DNA from: Octopus sinensis
Taxonomy: Eukaryota
Reading direction: 5' to 3'
Assembly (NCBI RefSeq): GCF_006345805.1
Contig: NW_021834622.1
Span: forward strand, 1-46,705
Length of the DNA stretch: 46,705 nucleotides
The notes under the pieces were generated by a model. It saw only the letters and a list, made by a program, of their open reading frames with translations. It did not search any database and was not told the origin of the DNA. Below are positions 1 through 11,982 of the stretch, one piece after another. The stretch's first letter is position 1. Each line of letters starts with the position of its first letter. The translations under genes and the position numbers were made by a program.

Positions 1-261
1 TGTCAAGCAATGCTGGGGGGACAAACACAGACACACCAACACATACACACACATATATATATATATACATATATACGACAGGCTTCTTTCAGCTTCCGTC
101 TACCAAATCCACTCACAAGGCATTGGTCGGCCCGGGGCTATAGCAGAAGACACTTGCCCAAGATGCCACGCAGTGGGACTGAACCCGGAACCATGTGGTT
201 GGTTAGCAAGCTACTTACTTATGAATTTTCAAGTTACTTACCACACAGCCACTCCTGCGCC
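1..261 (-). mobile_element. SINE family A (tRNA-headed), 5' portion; 3' part lies outside the window
   Basis: Near-identical to the full-length copy at 34711-35128 (…ccaaatccactcacaaggcattggtcggccc…gaacccggaaccatgtgg…ccacacagccactcctgcgcc). The minus strand starts GGCGCAGGAGTGGCTGTGTGGTAAG (A-box-like) and has GGTTCAGTCCC (B-box-like). Confidence 0.85.
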
Positions 262-494
262 TATATATATAAATATATATTATTCAAATGAATTCCAACT
301 GTTTTTTTATGTTTTATTTATATTCTTTATAGTATTAATGTAGAATATAGAATATATAGTATAAATAGTATATATAGTAAAATGAAATGAAGTATTGATT
401 GTCTTATTGATTAGATGAAATATTGAATATCAAATATTAAGGGTCTAGTATACTTTCTTGCATTTAAGCAGTCTTCAAGGTCCCAAGTTATTAC

Positions 495-671
495 AGGAGT
501 GTTTTCAATATATATGTATATATATGTATATGTGTGTTATATATATATATATAATTATATATATATATATACATCTATATATATACATATATACTATATA
601 TATATATACATATATATATATATACATATATTATATATATATATATATATATACATATATATATACATATA

Positions 672-750
<79 letters not shown>

Positions 751-950
751 GTATATGTAAATGCATATATGTATATAATATATATATATATATATGTATA
801 TGTATATATATATATGTATATATATGTATGTATGTGTGTATGTATGTGTGTATGTATGTAATGTGTGTGTGCATATATATTTATATATATGCATATATGT
901 AAGTATGTATGTATGTATGTATGTATGTATATATATATATATACATACAC
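495..950. repeat. (TA)n/(TATG)n compound microsatellite
   Basis: Visible directly; source of the YI/IY pseudo-ORFs. Confidence 0.95.
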
Positions 951-2757
951 TCATGAACGCACATGTACTCGCATGCAGATATACGCACGTACACTTATAG
1001 AATTTCCCTCAGTTTCTCGCTAGCACACACATAAACGCATACATGCCCAAACATTTATAAACATACATGCGCACAAACACGCCTGATTACACGTATTCTC
1101 AGCAATACATATGAAAGCATACATAAAAGTGCACACAGAAGATGTAGAAATGCACAAACACGCACACATACCCACACATAATCAAGCACAAAAACAAAAG
1201 TAACCACAAGTTAAAGATGGCGGCTTCTGCAGATATTCAATCTTGGGCTGTCCGGAAATCTAGTCCAATTTTTGTCACTGTTTCTGTTTAGCAGATTCCT
1301 GATTAAAGCCATTGTAGACTTGACTATTCCATCGTATTTTCCGGCATAGTGTATCGAGGCCATTGTCATGAAAGTTAAACCAAAACAGGTTTCCAAAAAT
1401 TTTAGAATGCCGAGAATAATCACTACTATAACCTGTCAAAATATTTTTAAATGGTTCATTTTTCAATCAGATATCGATGTTGAGGAAAACGTTTCTGGAT
1501 CTACACTATTTCGAAGATATTGAAAATGCTTGTTTCGCAAATGTCACATCCAGTTTTTGTCACGCACGTTACAACGGGTAAATAAGAATTGTGACCACAT
1601 TGTTGTTAACCGAATTCATTAGCAATTTTTGAAATTTCAAGGTCAATGTAAACCAAAGGTCGGTGAACTGGGGTAAATTATTCCAAGTGGAGTAAAAGTG
1701 AAATTGTTGTGGGGTAATGAGGATTCATTGGACATAAGTAAAATGATATACAAAAAAACCCTGTTCCTTGTAACGACAATTTTTTTTCTTCTGGCAACAC
1801 TGCATTTGTCCAATGTAACGGACGTACTTAGGAGACGTCAATTCATTTTGAACTACAAACAATTTGGTTGCTGAAGCGATGTTAAGTGACTATTATTCGT
1901 CAGTTGTCTACCACCCGTCTTAACCTTACTTTTTGACACACGTATTTTTGTTTTATTTAAATGGATTTAAGTAGTTATTCAATTCAGCCCTTTAACGAAA
2001 TCAATTGGACCCCGAAAGCTGCATCCAAATTACTCTGGCATCAAAATGCTCCAATTCTGATGTAATTGTAACAAAAATGAAACATCATTTCTCCAAAACC
2101 TGAAGCAAAAAAGTTTCTAGAAAAATCTTTTTGTTTCATAATGAAGATATTAATTTATTTTATTGCATTTGTTTTGTACTTTTTATATTTATAATTATAT
2201 TCTCTATATAAATAGATTCAATGATCCTTTTGAATTAAAAAAAATCTATGATTTTCTTCTTTCAAATCAAGGGTATAACGTCGGCGTGAATAAATATATT
2301 TGGGGGTAATTGGTTAAAAATAACACCATGAGGGCTTTTTATGCTGCTCAAAAAAAAAAAAAGTACTTGATACTTTCCTTAGCAGGCAATCTTTACTGTG
2401 AAAAATGAATCAATACAATTCTTGCTAGTGTTCAAGATTGATCTTAGATATTTCATAACTTGTGTCTCTGACTGTCACGTGCGTTACGCGAGAATCGAGA
2501 ATGACCCGTCTGTAGCTATATTTAAAGTGATATGATGTGAGATTAGGAAGATTTGTCATTTATTTCTAGCCGATCGAACGACCACAAAGCGGTATCTTCG
2601 TTGGCTTCTACGCCTGTCTGTTTGTCACATAGCTCCTGTCACCTAGCGAGTAGAGATTTGATTTAAATTCCCGAAAAGTAGCGGCTACCATCATGGACAT
2701 TGCGACAATCTTCATATTATCTTCGGGGTAAAAGCTGACAGAATCTTAATAACAGGA

Positions 2758-3218
2758 TGCTGTAAGTTGTTGTCGTTGTTGTTGCTGTTGCTATAGACAT
2801 TGTTGTTGTTATTGTGGACGTTGTAGTTGTTATTGTTGTTGTTCTCCCTTTCTTCCCCCTCAGCTTCTCCTCCTCCTTGCCTCTCCTCCTTTTCCTTCTT
2901 CCTCCTCCCTGCCCCCCACCTCCCTGTCCCATCCACCCCTCTGCCCCTCCTCCTCACTGCCTCTCCTCCTCACTTCCCCTCCTCCTCACCCCTCTTTCTC
3001 CTTCTTCACCTTCTCTATCCTCACTGCCTGAGGCTCTTTGAGAAATCTTCCAGCATCGAGTATCGTTGATGAATCAGTTTAATTAGCAACTACTATGGCC
3101 ATTAGATAAATTAATATCAGTAAATATTACCTTCACCACGAATATCATTATCATCGTGATGGTGGTGTTGGTGGCAGCGATGATGGTGTTGATGAGAACG
3201 ATGACGTAGACAATGGTT

Positions 3219-3256
<38 letters not shown>

Positions 3257-3270
3257 AATAATAATGATGC
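2758..3270. repeat. Low-complexity tracts: (GTT)n, (CCT/CTT)n, (GAT/GGT)n, (CAA)n(TAA)n
   Basis: Visible trinucleotide arrays. Confidence 0.9.
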
Positions 3271-3273
3271 GCT

Positions 3274-3868
3274 GACAAATGGTATAAACACCATCCTGAA
3301 GCTGTGACTGAGGGAGAAAATGTGTCGATTCTTTGGGACTTCTCCGTACATACCGACAAAACTGTAAAAGCTAATAAACCGGATATTATTATAAAGGATC
3401 AGACAAAAAAGGTGTGTTTATTAATTTACATGAGTATTCCTTGCGATCACAATATAGCGGCGAAAGAATTTCACAAGATCAGTATATATAAAGACTTGCT
3501 AATAGAAACTGAAAAAAACCTGGCATCTCAAGGCGAATACAGTACCAGTGATTGTAGGTTCTCTAGGAGTGATGAAAAAAGGTACTGAAACCTATTTGAA
3601 AATGATACCAGGCTTATCATCCCTACAAGAAGTGCAAAAAATCGTGTTAACTGGAACGACTTATGTACTGAGAAATGCATTATCGCTGTGAAAACAACAT
3701 ACATTCATAAATTTATTTATTCATTAATTTTTTAAATACATATTTTACCTGTGAATTTGCGTGTGTAATCTGGGAATGCATACAATGAGCTTCTCTGTCC
3801 TAGGTGTACGGAAAACACTCGGCGAGAAACGGAAGAAAATTTGAAGAAAGAAGGAAAAAAAAGATAAC
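3274..3868 (+). mobile_element. 5'-truncated RLE-type (R4/Dong-like) non-LTR retrotransposon: C-terminal restriction-like endonuclease domain plus 3' UTR, frameshifted
   Basis: Translation KWYKHHPEAVTEGENVSILWDFSVHTDKTVKANKPDIIIKD…MSIP…KEFHKISIYKDL, then after a frameshift HLKANTVPVIVGSLGVMKKG…QEVQKIVLTGTTYVLRNALSL* (stop 3689-3691). ILWDF/PD/PVIVGxLG motifs are typical of R4-clade C-termini. Flanked by (CAA/TAA)n. Confidence 0.85.
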
Positions 3869-3921
3869 TATTATTATTATTGTTAATAATAATAACCATT
3901 ATTATTTAGGCGGTAGAATCG

Positions 3922-4086
3922 TTATAATATTTTATGTAGGATATGGGCAGTTCTCATTGGCGCTATCTTTTGAATCTCTGCTATTTTAGGATTTCCTGGT
4001 ATCTGGGCAACGTTGGAATCAGCCCCTTTTGCTATCATTCCTAGGGTACCTATGACAACAGGTATTGTTTTAGTCTTGAGGTTCCA

Positions 4087-4089
<3 letters not shown>
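3922..4089 (-). mobile_element. R4/Dong-like LINE extreme 3' coding fragment (second family, copy 1)
   Basis: MWNLKTKTIPVVIGTLGMIAKGADSNVAQIPGNPKIAEIQKIAPMRTAHILHKIL*, starting directly after a (TAA)n array. Confidence 0.8.
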
Positions 4090-4149
<60 letters not shown>

Positions 4150-4266
4150 GAGTGAGAGAGCAGTGCATGCCATCAAAGTGACAGTGGAGTAAAATATACG
4201 AAGCCCAATATACCCATCATGACTACTTGCAGGTGGGGCCCAGTTAGAATTTTCTTCTGGTCGAGT
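4150..4266 (-). mobile_element. Non-coding dispersed-repeat fragment ending in (TAA)n, fused to the 3' UTR of the adjacent LINE fragment
   Basis: Complex non-coding segment between a LINE 3' UTR and a TAA array. I recall it as part of a high-copy octopus repeat, which cannot be verified here. Confidence 0.45.
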
Positions 4267-4502
4267 GACTTCAAGAGACAAATTAGAAGTTCATGTTGGT
4301 GTCATGCCTAGGGTGTCATATATTTGGTTTTGCACGTAATATTGTTATGTTGGATATGGGCAGTTTTCATGAGCACTATCTTTTGAATTTCTGCTATTTT
4401 GGGGTTTCCTGGTATCTGAGCTAGGTAGCGATCAGCCCATTTAGCTATCATTCCTAGGGCACCTATGACAACAGGTATTGTTGTAGTCTTGAGGTTCCAC
4501 AT
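4267..4502 (-). mobile_element. R4/Dong-like LINE 3' coding fragment plus 3' UTR (second family, copy 2)
   Basis: MWNLKTTTIPVVIGALGMIAKWADRYLAQIPGNPKIAEIQKIVLMKTAHI; clearly homologous to 3922-4089; preceded by (TAA)n. Confidence 0.8.
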
Positions 4503-4519
4503 TATTATTATTATTATTA

Positions 4520-4730
4520 TTCAGTAGTATATTTTTTATATCGTGCTTTCACTTCACTACCGAGCACAGCTCTGTGTGCCTTGGGTATGTGCTGTGATTT
4601 GTTGTGGTGCTCTGATGGTTATTGTATGGAAAGTGTTCTGCGTAGGATGTGTGCAGTGCCTAGTAGTGCAATTTTCTGTATGTTATATGTGTATGTAAGT
4701 CCTGGTGTTTTCATTATGTATTTGACTGAA
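4520..4730 (-). mobile_element. R4/Dong-like LINE 3' terminus (third family)
   Basis: Minus strand reads SVKYIMKTPGLTYTYNIQKIALLGTAHILRRTLSIQ*, followed by a ~100-nt UTR ending in (TAA)n. The IQKxxLxGTAHILR motif is shared with the neighbouring fragments. Confidence 0.75.
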
Positions 4731-4743
4731 TATTTTTTAAAAT

Positions 4744-4749
<6 letters not shown>

Positions 4750-4820
<71 letters not shown>

Positions 4821-4822
4821 TA
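4750..4822. repeat. (ATT)n microsatellite; others at 4089-4148 and 4501-4520
   Basis: Visible directly. Confidence 0.95.
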
Positions 4823-5301
4823 ATACCAGATTCACCTCAATCACTGCAACTATTGCTGTCAACACTGTCACCACAACCACTACTACCACCTTCACCATCA
4901 TCACAAACTCTACATACTAGTCTTTGTATGGTCACTTTGTATATAGAAGCAAGGTCATCTTCAAATTAGACTACTTCATTTAAAAAATCAGGACACACAC
5001 AATGGATTGTCATACACACATTATATTCAATAAGAAGATGGGATAGTCACCTCGTTATCAGATCAGAGTCCATTATCATAAACGACATCACGGCTGCAAG
5101 CCTTGGAAGTGCTTTGCAGATATGATGTTTCTCTCTGTCTCAGCAATTCTACTGTTTTGTTTAAACTCCCTACGCCTTTTTTTTTCTTAATTATTGATTC
5201 GACAGAGATGTTGCTGCAATAATAGTAAATTTAATCTAATCTCTAAAAAGATTATAGAGTGATGAGGGCCAAGGATGGTACATACACTTCTCTGCCACAC
5301 T

Positions 5302-5334
<33 letters not shown>

Positions 5335-5892
5335 ACACACACACACACACATTTCAATCAATGGTAATTTATACAACATATATTGCTGCTAAACGGTGAG
5401 GTAAGAAAGTAAGGCTAAGTCCTTAATTAATATCTATAATTATAGATAAATGATGTTTTCTGCTGATTGGATCATTGTTGCCAGACTCCAAAATACCGCA
5501 CTCATAAACCGAATTCAGGTGTGGTACTTGAAAGATCAAAAGACGTTGAAATGACCTTCAGAATGATCTTCTTCAAAGATAGACTTAATCCGTTGCTCGA
5601 TATAATACCATAACTAAGCTTTTGTGTGCTTTTACTGGGGCTCGGGTGCAAGCATTCAGGTTAGGTCTCCAGGGTTTCTTTTCTCTGTCAGATGCGGTAT
5701 TCTTTGAAAAATAAGTAAATAAATAAATTAATTAATTAATACACAAATAAATGAATTGATGAATAAGGCAAAAAGTGCTGTACATTTTCTATCACGTATT
5801 ATAGTGTTACGTGGTTCAAAATATGCACATGCATACACTCCCATATACTGAGAAACAATGTATGTTTGCGCGTTTATGTGTGGCATATATAC

Positions 5893-6021
<129 letters not shown>

Positions 6022-7193
6022 TACATACAATTGAAGAATTAGACTGTTCTGTTATATTTTCTCTAATGAACTGGAATATCTATGTTTCGAATTTCATCAA
6101 AATTGCAGATGAAGGTTATGTCCCTCTTTACACACCCAAACAAAATTGTAATCGTGCCACATATATCCCATGCTACTGATTTTTATGCGCATATTCCAAA
6201 ATTCCAGTCTTATTGAACCTGTTAAAAGGATTTTGCTCCTGAAAAATGAAGGTCATGGAGCTCTAAAATGTGAGAGTTAAGGCCCCTGTTTGGGGTGGGT
6301 GTCTTAATGTCAAGCAGAGAAGTTGAATTGTTGAGAATCTTTTAAAATTGGGTCTTATATCTATTGTTTAAATTTCTTTGAAATAGGAAATATATGTTCA
6401 CTGGGTTTGTAGAAGAGAGCAAAGCTACTGGAAACCAAAAGACGAATGATCACAACAAGCAGTCAGTTACCCTACCCTAGTCGTTACCACTCCCAATGTA
6501 GGATTCCTCACCATCCAGGTGACAGGCACAGCCGTAAGATGCATTACGTATCTATAGCAATTGGAAAGGCGTGACCCAACTGAAATAAACATTAACAACT
6601 GTGTGACGTGAGGGCTAAGGAGAAATGGAAGTTGGAGTTTGCAAATGACCACTATACTGATACGTAACTGGACAGAATAAATATACAATCTATAAATGTC
6701 TTTGAATAACCAGTCACTCATCTGGGAAAGCCTTGAAATCAATGTTACCATCTGGGGACTATGTGTGACCGAGTGATAATAAAAAGACTTAAAGGAGCTC
6801 TGCAATCAAATAACTTTACTCAACACTTTGCAACTGAATCAGTGGAGGCAAATAAGCCTCTCATTTACTTTTACAATTTAAGCACCACATTTCAGAAATT
6901 ACAATGTAAGTGTATGTCATAAAATGACAAAATTGTGGGTGTTAAGTCCCCATGGAGGGGTCTTTCTAACTTGTAAGAAGATGAAATTTTATAAATAGTA
7001 CTTCATTTGTGTCTAATATCTATGGTTAAAATTTCCTCAACAGTAAAAATATATGAATTGTCATGGGGGTTATGGCCCTTATGCATAGAATATAATTTCC
7101 AAATTTCATAAAGATACATTCAGTACTTTTGACCTAGTTTTGGTTCATAATAGAAATGACTAAATGTGGGAGTTAAGGCTCCTATTATGGTGT

Positions 7194-7254
<61 letters not shown>

Positions 7255-7768
7255 TATATATATATATATATTATATACATTATATATATATATATATGTA
7301 GATAGATACATAGATAGATATACACACACAGACACACATACAAAGATAAATTGATAGATACAACTGAGTGGGCAACCACAATATTGACACAGCCTAGTGC
7401 TTTTTTTTATGTTGATAAGCCTGGTACTTATTCTATTAGTTTGTTCTTGTGAAACCAGTAAGTTAAGTGGATGTAAATAAATTAACAGCAGTTGTGAAAC
7501 AGTGATAACACTTACATATATACATACATTTTTATACGATTGATTTGTTACAGTTCCTGTCTACGGGTGACAATGGAGTTGCGCATAAAATAATCTAGTC
7601 CGGCTTTTACATCTCATGTCCTAAAACATCTCCTGCTGTGGCTGTGTAGTCCTATCCTGGACAAACACTCCCTCTGGCAGGTGCCGCAAATGTAGCGAAG
7701 ACTTTGCCTGGCTGGTTGTAATGTCATACTTTCTTGATGACGTATTTTATTGCATTTCCATTTCTCCC

Positions 7769-7808
<40 letters not shown>

Positions 7809-7810
7809 TC

Positions 7811-8195
7811 TGTCACTGTTTGGACAGCCTTACCAGTCCGGGACAAACTCGCAATCATGGTGGTCCTAACCCATCGACCTGTTCAAGATGTGGGCGAGTC
7901 CGGGAAACCGTCCCGCATGCTATTGTTCAGTGTTCGGTGGTTTCAGATGTGTGGGTTTATGCCGAACAACTATTGTCTAGTACAGGAAGAGTACAGTTAT
8001 CGACTGAGTCAATAGTAAAAATTGACCCACCGGTATTCCTATCGAAAGAAGGTAAGAATTGCTTTCTCATCGTAGTAGCAATTGCAAGAAAGGTGATTTG
8101 GAAGACGCGAATAAAAGGTTTAATAACAGGCATATTTATCTCTGGCCCTGGGTTGGTGAATTTCTTCACTTTCCACCAAAGAAGGTAAATAGGGC
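7811..8195 (+). mobile_element. L1/Tx1-clade LINE ORF2 C-terminal fragment (CCHC zinc-finger region)
   Basis: ALPVRDKL…STCSRCGRVRETVPHAIVQCSVVSDVWVYAEQLLS…VAIARKVIWKTRIKGL…LVNFF aligns with the C-terminus of the element at 42900-43340. It starts directly after a (CT)n tract. Confidence 0.85.
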
Positions 8196-8198
8196 TAG

Positions 8199-9255
8199 AA
8201 ACGTAGCCTCAGTCCAGTCAAGAGAGCAAAAATCGTGTTATTCCAGCAGCAAAAAGTTTCCTTTTCGAACATCAACAAACTACTAAAGTGTAGTAAAACG
8301 GCTTGCGTGCAAGCGTGGAAGTTATTTTCGGAGACTGGTCAATATAAAAATCGGCAAAGGACTGGCGCCCCAAGAAAAACGATGGCGCAGTTGGACAGTC
8401 GAATCCACCGACTTTCAGAAGGCAACTGAATGCTGACAGACGTTGACATTTGTGAACAGTTGTCCAACGAAAATGGTGTTATTTTTACACTATAAACCGC
8501 CTGCAACCGTTTGAGAGAATTTTGACTATATGGACGAATATCCGAAAAAGTCGACTCAAATGTCTTAATTTCGCAAAAAGCCATGCTCAATGGACAGCCG
8601 AAGATTAGTGCAGGGTCCTTTGGAGTGACGAGTCACGCTTCTGAATATTTGGATCAGGTGGTAAAACATGTCAGACGTCGCTCAACCGAGGAATTCCATC
8701 TGAAATGCGTGAAAAAGACGATGCAAGCGGGGGCGCGGGGCGGAGGGGGCGGTATTTAGTAGCTTTGGTGTTGGCCCTCTAGTTAAAGTTGATGGAAAGC
8801 TAAATAGTGTAGGTTTTATGAATCTAATAAAGGATAATGTGCCATATTTGACTCACCAAATGCCTCCGGGGGGCTATTTATGAGCAGGACAATAGTCCTG
8901 TGCACAAATCCAAAAAGGTTATGGAACTGTTTGATCACCATAACATTGACGTAATTGAATGGCCTCCCCAGAGCCCGAACCTAAATCCGATCGAGAACTT
9001 GTGGAATTATGCTAAAAAACATCTAATCTAAAACAATTATTCGATTATATCAATGAAATATGGCAAAACATTCCCATAGAATTTTGTAATCACTTAGGGA
9101 ATTCAATGCCGAGGCGCTGTTCACTAGTTATTAAGAATGAAGGCTACAACACAAAGTACTAATATGTATTTCGTTCTTGTTGCTCATCTTTGCTACGTTC
9201 TTAAGCTTTAAATAAAATTAAAATGATACGGTCTTAAACTAATTTTGCCGGTAAA
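8199..9255 (+). mobile_element. Decayed Tc1 (DD34E) DNA transposon; transposase pseudogene without left TIR
   Basis: LSPVKRAKIV…RTGAPRKT (HTH/GRPR-like), LNFAKSHAQWT…VLWSDESRF, EQDNSPVH…WPPQSPNLNPIENLW (34 residues between D and E), …SMPRRC…GYNTKY* (stop 9160-9162). Several stops and frameshifts. Confidence 0.92.
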
Positions 9256-9287
9256 TTTGAAACGCTTATATTAATTTAGCGTTAAAT

Positions 9288-9616
9288 TTAGCTCAGTGGT
9301 TAGAACGTCGAGCTTACGATCGTGAGGTTGTGAGCTCGAATCCCGGACCGGGCTGCGTGTTGTGTTCTTGAGCAAGACACTTTATTTCACGTTGTTCCAG
9401 TTCACTCGGCTGTAGAAATGAGTTGCGACGTCACAGGTGCCAAGCCGTATCGGCCCTTGCCTTTCCTTTGGACAACATCGGTGACGTGGAGAGGGGAGGC
9501 CGGTATGCATGGGCGACTGCTAGTCTTCCATAAAACAACCTTGCCCAGACTTGTGCCTCAGAGGGTAACTCTCTAGGTGCAAACCCATGTTCAGTGTCTG
9601 ACCGAAGGGGGTCACC
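9288..9616 (+). mobile_element. SINE family C (tRNA-headed)
   Basis: TAGCTCAGTGGTTAG A-box-like, GCTCGAATCCC B-box-like, gtgttcttgagcaagacacttt body; homologous copies at 28853 and 36846. Confidence 0.85.
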
Positions 9617-10190
9617 ATTATTTTATAAGAAATCGAACTTTTATCATCTGTCTTAAATATATTTTCGCCTCTGTATATAAGTATTCCTTGGTTATAGTAG
9701 TATATAGTAGTATATGGAACATTCCCATAAGCTATCATTTGCATGATTAAGTAAACGTTTTCCAGTCAATCGTTTTAATTTCTTATTTAAGCTCAGTAAT
9801 CCTCATTACTAAATCGGACCATGTTATGCCGCCTTGCTGGATTTTACCTGGAGAAAGGAACCCCGACAACCCGTTAAAACTTTTCTGACACAGCTGCAGG
9901 TATGGAATAATACTCTCAATTGCCTCTTTGAATTTGCCTTTATATATTTTATATATTTCAGGTATATATTTCTATATGCTTATCATCAGACTCTTAATAT
10001 AAATATGTGGATATTCCAATGGAATAATACCTCATGTCTTACATCTGAATTCTGAATTTGCTTTTCTGAATACTTTAAGACAAATATCTGAAATTTTTCA
10101 GGGATATCAAATTTATTTATCTTTAGCTAATATACGGGCGAAATAACAGTTGTACTATATACTGAAGCTTTATCTCTATTAAAATTCTCG

Positions 10191-10233
<43 letters not shown>

Positions 10234-10394
10234 CATTCATACATACTAGTTCAATTCTAGTAGGTTTCAAGAATATAACGCTTTAATATCTCATCATTTC
10301 TCATATTTTATGCCTAAGACATGTATTTTATATTCTGGTTTTTATATAACTCTTTCTATTAATACTTTATATCTATATATATAAATATAAATTC

Positions 10395-11402
10395 CTTACG
10401 AACCACATGGTTCCGGGTTCGGCCCCACTGTGTGGCACCTATGGCAAGTGTCTTCTACTATAGCCTCGGGACGACCAAACCCTTGTGAGTGAATTTGGTA
10501 GACGGATACTAAAAGAAGCCGGTCGAATGTATATATATATATATATAAATATGTGTGTGTGTGTGTGTTGTGTGTGTGTGTGTGTGTGTATGTTTGTGTG
10601 TCAGTGTTTGTCCCCTCAATATCGCTTGATATTATGCACATACATATATACACATACATACATACATACACAAACATACACAGACACACACACATACATG
10701 CACACACATACATGCACATACATACATGCACACAGATACATACACACAGATACATACACACAGATACATACACACAGATACATATTCATACATATATATA
10801 CACACACAGATACACACACATACATGCATGCACGTACGTGCATGCACATACTTGCACGCACATACATGCACACACATACATGCACACACATGATGCACAT
10901 ACATACATGCACATACATACATGCACATACATATATGCATACATGCACATACATGCATGCACATACTTACATGCACATACTTGCACGCACATACGTACGT
11001 GCACATACATGCATGCACATACATGCATGCACATACTTGCACGCACATACATGCACATACATACATGCACACATATACATGCACACACATACATGCACAT
11101 ACATACATGCACACATATACATGCACACACATATATGCACACACATACATGCACATACATACATGCACATACATACATGCACAAAAATACACACACACAC
11201 ATATATAAGTGTGTGTGTTTGTGAGTCAGTGATTGTCCCCTCAATATCGCTTGACGACCGATGCTGGTGTGTTTAGCACTCCGTAACTTAGCGGTTCGAC
11301 AAAATAGACGGAGAGAATAAGTACTAGGCTTACAAAGAATAAGTCCTGTGGTCGATATTCTCGAAGAAAGGAGTTGCTCCAGCATGACTGAAAGAAGTAA
11401 AA
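10395..11402 (+). mobile_element. SINE family A interrupted by a ~570-bp satellite and an internal duplication
   Basis: 5' half 10395-10629 and 3' half 11216-11402 match the other SINE-A copies. Confidence 0.8.
10630..11200. repeat. (CATACATGCA)-type minisatellite
   Basis: Recurrent catacatgcaca units; source of the MHTHTC/HAHTY pseudo-ORFs. Confidence 0.9.
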
Positions 11403-11629
11403 CAAAAATCTTTAATTTATTTTAACCGAAACAGGAGCGACAGTTTGAGACGAAGACGCATTTTGTCGAAATGCGGATTGGATAAAACAGACGATAACTG
11501 GGAAGCTGTTCTTAATTTGCCTGTCGTACTTCTTTCGTTGTTCGAAAAACAAGGTCGTCTTCCATGTTTTCGTATTTCATGTTTTCGTTGCCTAAAATGC
11601 TGCCGCATATGTGTACGTGAGATTGTACT

Positions 11630-11982
11630 TATATGCATACGCATATACACATACACAAACATACATATTGATACATACATACATACATACATATACTTAC
11701 ATACACATACACTTACATACACATACATACACATACATACATATACATACATACACATATATACACATACACATATATACACATACGTATATATACACAT
11801 ATACATACATGCATATACACATATGTACATATACATATACACGCACATACATACACACATACACACACATACACACACAAACATACACATACATATATAT
11901 ATACATACATGCATACACATACATATATATATATATATACCACACATACACATATATACACAAACACATATATACACACACA
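11630..11982. repeat. (CA/TA/CATA)n compound microsatellite
   Basis: Visible directly. Confidence 0.95.

Noticed and set aside
1919-2320. piggyBac-like TTAACC…GGTTAA pair; aaagggttaa ends at ~29375 and ~38975
   Set aside because: Only about 6 bp of terminal match, and no partner ends were found.
5450-5720. Short open frames with splice-like signals, including INRIQVWY, which resembles homeodomain helix 3
   Set aside because: Lacks WFxNRR, terminates quickly and has no supporting exons.
6590-6900. KEKWKLEFANDHY resembling the Tc1 RLxFAxxH motif
   Set aside because: No following W/SDE motif and several stops.
9288-9350. tRNA genes at SINE heads (also 28853, 38203-38277, 38385-38457)
   Set aside because: A/B boxes are present, but acceptor and anticodon stems do not close and each continues into SINE-type sequence.
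9793-9970. Possible exon ending in a strong CAG|gtatgg donor (9900)
   Set aside because: No acceptor gives a stop-free frame; the peptide is unrecognisable; a small local duplication (atggaataatac at 9902 and 10019) explains part of the pattern.
9965-9992. Second hammerhead-like CTGATGA…GAAA on the minus strand
   Set aside because: No stem II pairing and no stems I or III.
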